Shown in pieces: positions 56,954 through 64,000 of a stretch of 64,000 nucleotides of DNA; the first letter of the stretch is position 1, and every line of letters starts with the position of its first letter. Source of the DNA: an uncultured Candidatus Saccharibacteria bacterium (GTDB taxonomy: Bacteria > Patescibacteriota > Minisyncoccia > Phycocordibacterales > CAIZLB01). A model generated the notes under the pieces. It was given only the letters and a program-made list of their open reading frames with translations, was not told the DNA's origin and did no database searches. The stretch is from contig CAYVEK010000002.1 of the NCBI GenBank assembly GCA_964450605.1, positions 199,805 to 263,804 of the forward strand. Reading direction: 5' to 3'. The translations under genes and the position numbers were made by a program.

Positions 56954-57964
56954 TTATACTCGAGGCATAGCTAGTCCGATAGCGACCGCATATTGATATG
57001 AATCATTTTTGTGTATAGGAGGTATTGTTGAGTTTACATCAACGACATTTTTCCACACATCACCTATGATTGTAGGTATAGAGAGTTGAGCACTTATCTT
57101 ATTTGCAAAATCAGATTTTAATATATCAAGGTGAGTTGATGTTAGTACGATAGACTCAATTTTCTGAAAGTTATACTTTTTGTTTTTATCTACATATGAA
57201 AGCCAGAATGTCATGATCTTGTTAATATCAGCAACTACATCACTTAGAAGTTCCGGTGTCTCAAGAACGAGCTGACCCTTCTCTTCCTTAAACACAGATC
57301 TGTTTATAGTAGATGTGTATATAACAATACCGAATGAAACAATAGATACTACAACTGAATGTTTCTCTACCGCAACAATACAATATGAAGACACGTCACC
57401 TTCTCGAACAAATGTTTTGGTAAGAGCTTGGTTTTGAATTAGAAAAGAAACGATTTCCATATTAGCAGAAGAAAAAAGGTCAATGTAATCTTCGATATCT
57501 TTTTTTGCAGCAACAGTGACTGAATACAAACTTTTATTTGTATTTGCGATACCTGTTACCCGTGTATAGTCAAATACTGCATCATCGATCATGATAGGTA
57601 CATTTTCCTCTATCTTTGATTCTATCTGATTGTAGACTGAGTCATCTGGACCATCATCAATCTCAGACATATATAGATATATTTTTTCTTCCGGCAAAGA
57701 AACCTCTACGTATTTTAGCTTATGCTCTTTTTGAATTTTTTTTAAAGTGAGCAGAATATCTGGCTGGGATGTGAGAGGTTTTCCTTGATTAACCGTAGAA
57801 GCAAGAGTCTCGGTTCCAAAATCAATCACATCAAGGTCAGTTCCTCGTCTTTTCATTTTTAAAAAACGAATATGATCAACTCCTATATCAACTCCGGTAT
57901 GTTCAAAAGATATCATCTTAGGAACAGGAATATATCTTTTTATAAAACGTGTAAGGATATTCAT
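56954..57964 (-). CDS. pilM: Type IV pilus assembly protein PilM
   Basis: GVDIG..IRF, IEENVP, YAVAIGLAM actin-like fold. Confidence 0.85.
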   Translation of the reverse strand: MNILTRFIKRYIPVPKMISFEHTGVDIGVDHIRFLKMKRRGTDLDVIDFGTETLASTVNQGKPLTSQPDILLTLKKIQKEHKLKYVEVSLPEEKIYLYMSEIDDGPDDSVYNQIESKIEENVPIMIDDAVFDYTRVTGIANTNKSLYSVTVAAKKDIEDYIDLFSSANMEIVSFLIQNQALTKTFVREGDVSSYCIVAVEKHSVVVSIVSFGIVIYTSTINRSVFKEEKGQLVLETPELLSDVVADINKIMTFWLSYVDKNKKYNFQKIESIVLTSTHLDILKSDFANKISAQLSIPTIIGDVWKNVVDVNSTIPPIHKNDSYQYAVAIGLAMPRV

Positions 57965-57967
57965 ATA

Positions 57968-58291
57968 TTATGAAAGCAAAGTTCCAGGTAGAACATCTCG
58001 AGACATGGTTGCGATAGCAAGACCTTCAGCATCTTTACCTGCAAGTATCATGGCTTGTGATGGTATACCCATAATCTCTCGTGATTCTAGGTTTGTTACA
58101 AATATTTTTTGACTCCCAACAAAAGAATCAATACTTACATATTGTGCAATACCAGAAACTACCGTTCGAGGTTGTTCTTCTCCAAAATCAACTGATAATT
58201 TTAATAATTTTTCTGATCCTTCAACTGGTACAGCTTCCAGAATCTTTCCTACTCGGAGTTCAACTTTTTTGAAATCATCAAATGTAATCAT
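57968..58291 (-). CDS. Stand-alone tRNA-binding OB-fold protein (Trbp111/CsaA/MetG C-terminal-like)
   Basis: ITFDDFKKVELRVGKI...KLLKL.VD.G...RTVVSGIA...SQAMIL. Confidence 0.92.
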   Translation of the reverse strand: MITFDDFKKVELRVGKILEAVPVEGSEKLLKLSVDFGEEQPRTVVSGIAQYVSIDSFVGSQKIFVTNLESREIMGIPSQAMILAGKDAEGLAIATMSRDVLPGTLLS

Positions 58292-58303
58292 GATACAAGT
58301 ATA

Positions 58304-58756
58304 CTATACTCCTCGCTTCATATCGAGAAATCCTTGAAGCATGTACGCTGCAGTTTGTGCGTCATCGTCTTTTGTGTGTTCACGTATAGCTTTAGCATTT
58401 GAGGCTGTATGTTTACTATTTGTACTTTGTACAAAAGTAGAACGCAACATCGCCTGACTTCCAGAAGTGGTAAAACGCTCATCAAAGCGATGTACGACCA
58501 GTCCAGGTTTTATGTCCATAAGCTCTGCTATATATAGAACAGTTTCGTCCTCTATCTTGTTGTCACGACCACTCAGGTCGAGAGACTTGCCTATAACTAC
58601 CTCTCCGATACCCTCTTTTTCCAATATATCTATAGTTTCTCGAGCCCTTTCTGGTGAGTTTTTAAGTATTTGAAATGGAAAGGCGAAAGTGGCCGAGTCA
58701 TCACTCTTTGCCAAACCTATCTTTTTACTACCGAAGTCTACCCCTAGATATTTCAT
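58304..58756 (-). CDS. ruvX: YqgF/RuvX family nuclease
   Basis: YLGVDFGSKKIGLAKSD, DERFTT, DAQTAAYMLQGFL. Confidence 0.92.
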   Translation of the reverse strand: MKYLGVDFGSKKIGLAKSDDSATFAFPFQILKNSPERARETIDILEKEGIGEVVIGKSLDLSGRDNKIEDETVLYIAELMDIKPGLVVHRFDERFTTSGSQAMLRSTFVQSTNSKHTASNAKAIREHTKDDDAQTAAYMLQGFLDMKRGV

Positions 58757-58803
58757 AGATAATCTGATAGTATCATAAAAGTCAGTCGACAGGCAGACTC
58801 TAA

Positions 58804-58889
58804 GGAGGAGTGGCAGAGAGGTCGATTGCACCTGTCTTGAAAACAGGAGGGCTGTCATGGTCCCGTGAGTTCGAATCTCACCTCCTCCG
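58804..58889 (+). tRNA. tRNA-Ser(TGA)
   Basis: GGAGGAG...CCTGT-CTTGAAA-ACAGG, long variable arm, GTTCGAATC...CTCCTCCG. Confidence 0.95.
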
Positions 58890-58951
58890 CATTAAGAACC
58901 TGGGAGTAACATTGACCCATGTACCCATGAAAGCAGGGCGACCCAGGTGCT

Positions 58952-58986
58952 AACAAAAACCAGCAAATATAATGCTGGTTTTTGTT
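58952..58986 (+). terminator. Terminator after tRNA-Ser
   Basis: AACAAAAACCAGCA-AATATAA-TGCTGGTTTTTGTT. Confidence 0.8.
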
Positions 58987-59026
58987 TTGTGTCTGAACAC
59001 ATAATTAAATGCTAAAATGCTATTTA

Positions 59027-59764
59027 ATGACAGAGGAAACACAAAACAGTGAGACTACTCCCGATCAAACAACAGCAGAAGGTACATCTGTTTTCAATGA
59101 TAGACGGGTAAAAATTATTAATTGGATGGAACCAAAAAGTTCTGTTTTGTGTAATCTATATAAAAGCGCTGTCATTAATCTGTATAGCGAACCACCAAAG
59201 TATGGCTGGTCCATATTGGTAGCTTATGCAATTCGAGAAATTACAAACCAATTACCTAATCATGTTGCTGATTTAGAAATATCCGACAGAGGCCTGAATC
59301 GTGACGGAGAAATACAAAAAATTGGAAATATCTGGACCGAACAACAATTAAGCTCTCTGATACCAACCGAGAACACGGATACGCCATCTTCGACTGATGA
59401 CCAGACAATAATTCCAATTCCTAGAGATCTCTTTATGATTTTAGCAGATCTAGTTGAAGATAATACTAAAATTGAAGATAGAAAATACCGTAAAGCCTAC
59501 AGGCTTTTTAAAGCGATGATCCCTGAAGGTGAATTTAAAGAGAAAGATCCTATAATCAATGAGTGGGTAGGTGTCACAGGCTGGTTTTCAAAGGATGGAA
59601 AGTTCCATGTAAACAAGAATAAGACGGAGGTCGGTGATGTTGATGAATATAAGAGAAACTTTGAAATGGTCGAAAATATACTAGTAGGAGCTATTCAAAG
59701 TAGAGAAAACTTTGGACAAACACTGACAGAACTAAATACAATATTAAATCATGCCAACAGATAA
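59027..59764 (+). CDS. Helical protein with an AYAIRE motif (HEPN-like/predicted nuclease), first island gene
   Basis: LYKSAVINL...LVAYAIREITNQLP; overlaps the next gene by 14 bp; start after TGcTAAAAT. Confidence 0.6.
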   Translation: MTEETQNSETTPDQTTAEGTSVFNDRRVKIINWMEPKSSVLCNLYKSAVINLYSEPPKYGWSILVAYAIREITNQLPNHVADLEISDRGLNRDGEIQKIGNIWTEQQLSSLIPTENTDTPSSTDDQTIIPIPRDLFMILADLVEDNTKIEDRKYRKAYRLFKAMIPEGEFKEKDPIINEWVGVTGWFSKDGKFHVNKNKTEVGDVDEYKRNFEMVENILVGAIQSRENFGQTLTELNTILNHANR

Positions 59765-62579
59765 CGAAATAAATCAGGTTATAGCACTCTTAATTGAGCC
59801 AGCTCAAAGAAGTTATTTCTTTGAGAATTTAAAAAATCCTTCTTGGGTAGCCCCGCTTTACGCTAAAGGTTTTTTTAAGCATGCTCCTAATATATTGCGT
59901 AATGAAAAGGAAGGCACTGTACAGTTTCCTATTTGGCCAGAATCTAAATTCCTAGCAAAAGTTGCAGCGCAGGCCGACCCTGTAATCCTATTAAAGATTA
60001 TCAAAGAAATTGAAACAGACAATATTAGAGTGAAGGAAGATGTTTTGGAGATAATTGCGAAGCTTCCTATTGATTCTGTAATTTTAATGTCCACTAAGGT
60101 TGTTAAATACCTTGAAGATCCGTATCTACATTTTGGCAATATTCCAGAGAAAATTGGAGATATTATTGAACGGCTGGCTTCGGAGAATAAAATCGAACAG
60201 GCACTTAAGATTGCTCAGGACTTACTCCGACCAATTGCTGAGGTTCAGACTGAGGAGGCAAAAAAAATAGGCCTTCATGCAAATCCAAAATCAAAATTTG
60301 AAATTTGGGATTATGAGCAAATTCTAAAAAATAAACTAACCACTTTAAATAAAACCGAACCCTTTCTTCTACTAGACTTGTTGGTAAATCTGCTATTTAC
60401 TGCTATTAAAGTTTCCAGAGGTGAAAATAGTGACGATTCAGACACTGAAGATTATTTGTATATCAGTAGAAGAAATGTGCGAGACGAACCAAGATCTCAT
60501 AACCACGAACTAGAGGGCTTACTTATCTCAAAGATAGTCTCTGTTGCTAATTTTGCTATTCAATCAGATTCTAAAAACTTTGAACCCGTATTAAAACTAC
60601 TTGAATCAAAAAAATATAATTTTTTCAATAAGATAATTCTTTACTTACTAGCTGAATATCCTAATTTAGATCAAGCTCGAGTCACATCGTATATAAAAGA
60701 AAAAAAGTTTTTTGACGCCAATTGGATTTCACCAGAATATGAATACTTACTTAGCAATGAATTTAAAAATCTCACTCCAGAAGATCAAAAGAACATAATT
60801 GATTGGATCGAAGCAGGACCAGATCTTGAAGTATTTAAAAGGTCTGAGAAATCTTGGACAGGTAATGAACCGACAAATGAAAAGATTTCAAAATACAAAG
60901 AGGCTTGGCAACTTCGTCACCTTCACGTGCTTAAGGATTCGCTTACAGGAAATTTAATGGATAGATATATTGAACTTGTAGCAAAGTACCCAAATTTTGA
61001 CGATAAGATTCAAGAAGGTGTATTTTACGCAGCGAACGAAAGCCCTAAAACAAAAGAAGAACTTCAAAAAATGTCAGTTGATCAGGTTATTAGCCTAATC
61101 AGAGATTGGAAACAAACTGGAGATGGATATGATGGTAAACCTACCAAAGATGGGCTGAGCATTCTCCTGCGAGAAATCATCAAAGAAAAACCTGTTGATT
61201 TTTCTGATAAATTAGATGAACTTAAAGGTATTGATTCGAACTATATCTTCTCTATTCTAATGGGTATAGAGAATGGTCTTGCTGTAAATAAAAATATTCA
61301 CTGGAGTAAAGTTTTATCTTTCTTACTTGAAATATTTTCTACTTGGAAAAAAGAAAAAAAAACTGCTGTGGATACAGAGTCGTTCGATAATGCATCTAGA
61401 AGACAAGGAATAAGTTTGCTGAATGCTGGTTTGAGATCAGGTTCTTTTGAACTTAAAGATAGAAAGGAAATCTGGAGTATTATCCAAATTGCATTAGCGG
61501 ATCCTGATCCAACAATTGAACAAGATGAAAAATTTGAAGATGAAATCACTCTTGCGATAAACTCAATTAGAGGCGAAGCAATGCATAGTGTGATCGAGTA
61601 CGCTCTTTGGCTAAAACGGCACTTCGAAAAGTTACCCGATGCGGCTACACTTATCTCAAGAGGTTTTGATGAAATGCCCGAAGTTTCAGAGACCCTAAAC
61701 AATTATCTGAAATTAGAAGTTGAACCAACCAAGGCCATTAGAAGTGTTTACGGAAGATATTTTCCTTGGATACACTTGCTTGATCCAAAGTGGGCTGTAT
61801 CTAATATTAATAATATTTTTTCTCACACTGAGGAATTACATGGTGATGGTGCATGGGATGCGTTTGTGACCTTAACTTCTCCATACGATAATCTTTTAGA
61901 ACCACTAAAAGTAGAATATAAATTCAGATTAGCTAACGCAAAATTTCCAGAAAAAGATAAGAAACAACCCCTCCGAGAACCAAACGAAAGATTAGTTGAA
62001 CATGTAGTTGCTTATTACTGGAGGAGCAAGCTCAGTCTAGAGGATGATTTGATTAGAGAACTCGTAATAACTGCTGATATAAGACTTCTTTCTCATGCTA
62101 TATCTTTTATGGGAAGAGTTATATACGGCGAAAAAGATACACCTACTGATATCTTAAAAAGATTTACTGAATTTTGGGGTTACGTTTTCACTTCAGTTTC
62201 TACAGATCCATCCAGAGTAGAAGCTCTGAGAGACTTCACTTGGTGGTTTGCTTCAAATAAGTTTGAGCCAAAATGGCTTCTAGACAATTTAGAGGCAGTC
62301 ATTGATGCTTCTGCTGGTATCGATAGCGAAGATTTTGCAATAGATAACCTCGTCTTACTTTCTAAAGACACTCCCGAAAGAGTAATTATTATCCTTGAAA
62401 AAATACTGAATACGGCAAGCAAGCCGTGGGTTGCACACAGTTCAGAAAAAGAAATTATAGAGATACTTAAGAATGCTCAATACTCTGATAGTGTAATAGC
62501 AAAAGATACCGCAAAGCGTTTGGTAGATGCACTGACTAGAAAACATATGTTTAAGTTTCTTGATGTATTAAGTAAATAA
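59751..62579 (+). CDS. 942-aa alpha-solenoid-like protein, putative defence component
   Basis: YFFENLKNPSWVAPLYAKGFF...WPESKFL; AINSIRGEA; appears helical throughout; no enzyme motif recognised. Confidence 0.65.
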   Translation: MPTDNEINQVIALLIEPAQRSYFFENLKNPSWVAPLYAKGFFKHAPNILRNEKEGTVQFPIWPESKFLAKVAAQADPVILLKIIKEIETDNIRVKEDVLEIIAKLPIDSVILMSTKVVKYLEDPYLHFGNIPEKIGDIIERLASENKIEQALKIAQDLLRPIAEVQTEEAKKIGLHANPKSKFEIWDYEQILKNKLTTLNKTEPFLLLDLLVNLLFTAIKVSRGENSDDSDTEDYLYISRRNVRDEPRSHNHELEGLLISKIVSVANFAIQSDSKNFEPVLKLLESKKYNFFNKIILYLLAEYPNLDQARVTSYIKEKKFFDANWISPEYEYLLSNEFKNLTPEDQKNIIDWIEAGPDLEVFKRSEKSWTGNEPTNEKISKYKEAWQLRHLHVLKDSLTGNLMDRYIELVAKYPNFDDKIQEGVFYAANESPKTKEELQKMSVDQVISLIRDWKQTGDGYDGKPTKDGLSILLREIIKEKPVDFSDKLDELKGIDSNYIFSILMGIENGLAVNKNIHWSKVLSFLLEIFSTWKKEKKTAVDTESFDNASRRQGISLLNAGLRSGSFELKDRKEIWSIIQIALADPDPTIEQDEKFEDEITLAINSIRGEAMHSVIEYALWLKRHFEKLPDAATLISRGFDEMPEVSETLNNYLKLEVEPTKAIRSVYGRYFPWIHLLDPKWAVSNINNIFSHTEELHGDGAWDAFVTLTSPYDNLLEPLKVEYKFRLANAKFPEKDKKQPLREPNERLVEHVVAYYWRSKLSLEDDLIRELVITADIRLLSHAISFMGRVIYGEKDTPTDILKRFTEFWGYVFTSVSTDPSRVEALRDFTWWFASNKFEPKWLLDNLEAVIDASAGIDSEDFAIDNLVLLSKDTPERVIIILEKILNTASKPWVAHSSEKEIIEILKNAQYSDSVIAKDTAKRLVDALTRKHMFKFLDVLSK

Positions 62580-62580
62580 T

Positions 62581-63111
62581 ATGAAGAGAAATCTAAACGA
62601 TTATGAGTACGAGATAGTAAATCAAATTCATATCAGTGAACTTTGTTTTACTATCTGTAAAACAACACCAATATTACAAGGACCGGGCAACCACTTGTTT
62701 CCGTACTTCTTTAACTTAAATATGTCTAAAGGAGTATTAATACTTCACAGCTTGCTTGATCCAACAGGTAAAGAAATTTCTCTTAAGAATTATATCCGAG
62801 AGAATAAAGCCATTCTTTCATCGAGAAAAGATTTCGATATATTTCTAAGTCACATATCAAAAATAACTGCAGAATTTGAAAAAATTACGCCGTGGCCATT
62901 ACGTCATAAAGTAATCGCTCATTTAGATTCAGGTTTTAAACACTCAGACTTTACATGTGCATACTTAACATCCGACAAACTTGATAACTTTATAAAAATA
63001 TCTACTGAGCTTAAAGACACCTTCTTTACTTTTTGTAATTATTCAAAAAATGATGAGCCATTTATGAAAATCAAAGAGCAAGTAGCATTTGCTCTTAGCG
63101 GTGTGAAATAG
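62581..63111 (+). CDS. HEPN (AbiU2-like) domain protein
   Basis: LHSLLD...SL...LRHKVIAHLD (R-x5-H). Confidence 0.7.
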   Translation: MKRNLNDYEYEIVNQIHISELCFTICKTTPILQGPGNHLFPYFFNLNMSKGVLILHSLLDPTGKEISLKNYIRENKAILSSRKDFDIFLSHISKITAEFEKITPWPLRHKVIAHLDSGFKHSDFTCAYLTSDKLDNFIKISTELKDTFFTFCNYSKNDEPFMKIKEQVAFALSGVK

Positions 63112-63116
63112 CACTT

Positions 63117-64000
63117 CTATTCCTTCAGAAGAGTAATCTTCTTATCTTTCAACGTTAACCTACTTCTCAAATGTCCCATCAGCTCACGCTTCTCTAGAGG
63201 GGTTCCTTCTCGCAGTACGTACTTGGCGTATTCTCTCGTATTCACATCATCCTCGTTGATGCTGTATTTTGGCGTGCCTTTGGTCGCTAGCCTCTGAAGC
63301 CTGTTGAATCGTTTGATTTCTTCTTCGAGCTTCATCCTCATGCCAAGCTCGTTGATACTTACCTTGTCGATGACCTTAAATAGTTCCTCAATTAGTTCTT
63401 CCTCTCGGATGTATTTGTTCTTGCAATTTCTGTCTTTAGATTTCGAGCATGAATAGTAGATGTACTTTGCGTTAGTGCCGTCCTTGAGTAGCTTGTACTT
63501 CTCCTGTGCGGTTATGCCTGACTCGCACATACCGCAGGTGAATAGCTTTGTGAATGCGAACTCTCGATTCTCTCGCACTATCTTGTCGCGCTTCAGTTGC
63601 TCTTGTGCTTTTCTGAATAATTCTTCAGTGATAATCGGAGTATGCTTTCCCTGATACCAGTTGCCTGAATCCTTAGGATACTCGAATGGCCCGTAGTAGA
63701 TCGGATTTTCGAATGTTCGGTACACTCCAGAGAGCGTTAGTGGCTTGTTGCCTCGAGTATGGAAATTCAGATCAAACCTTAGCCAGTTGTATACCCTTCT
63801 TCCGCTCCATCCTTCGAGTGCAACTTTTTCGAACATCTTCTTCACTATGGGTGCTCTATCTGGATCAATTGCTATCTGGCACTTCCTGTCCATGAGTTTC
63901 TGATTGAGATACCCGAGAGGTGCCATGCCTGGCCACAGTCCCATTTCCACTCTCGTCCGCAATCCTCGCTTCACGTTGATTCCTCTATTATCGTTTTCAA
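63117..64000 (-). CDS. Large serine recombinase, C-terminal part (5' end beyond window)
   Basis: Frame open to the edge (ENDNRGINVKRGL); APLGY, NPIYYG, GKHTPII, CGMC...YYSC...C zinc ribbon. Confidence 0.92.
   Translation of the reverse strand, partial: ENDNRGINVKRGLRTRVEMGLWPGMAPLGYLNQKLMDRKCQIAIDPDRAPIVKKMFEKVALEGWSGRRVYNWLRFDLNFHTRGNKPLTLSGVYRTFENPIYYGPFEYPKDSGNWYQGKHTPIITEELFRKAQEQLKRDKIVRENREFAFTKLFTCGMCESGITAQEKYKLLKDGTNAKYIYYSCSKSKDRNCKNKYIREEELIEELFKVIDKVSINELGMRMKLEEEIKRFNRLQRLATKGTPKYSINEDDVNTREYAKYVLREGTPLEKRELMGHLRSRLTLKDKKITLLKE

Larger units (their letters stand above)
58990..64000. mobile_element. Putative genomic island next to tRNA-Ser(TGA)
   Basis: Accessory genes with visibly different codon usage plus a recombinase directly after a tRNA; no second att copy in the window. 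Confidence 0.6.

Overview
AT-rich bacterial chromosome segment that looks like Patescibacteria/CPR (Parcubacteria-like). Support: alpha2-type GlyRS, secE-nusG-rplK with no rplA, pilMNO and pilD, several secreted proteins with peptidoglycan-binding domains, and -10 boxes immediately upstream of many start codons. Housekeeping genes: ftsK, recA, rpsF-ssb-rpsR, metG, glyQS, argS, ndk, class I RNR with an ATP cone on the beta subunit, lexA, and 8 tRNAs. The most unusual features are: (1) a minus-strand operon at <1-8065 in which tatC and two tatA genes (both missed by the ORF track) sit among genes for a KR-type Tat-signal protein, a signal-less tail-fibre-like protein, a 59-aa microprotein and a giant 152-aa tandem-repeat protein, possibly a dedicated Tat-exported surface appendage; (2) an orphan PemK/MazF toxin facing a consensus promoter and a structured small RNA; (3) an ORF6N gene whose internal palindrome recurs upstream of the gene; (4) a tRNA-Ser with an ACT anticodon; (5) a structured mini-element with a duplicated tRNA-Leu 3' end; and (6) a tRNA-Ser-adjacent island with HEPN-like genes and a serine recombinase. 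All calls come from reading the sequence by eye; no database searches were run.
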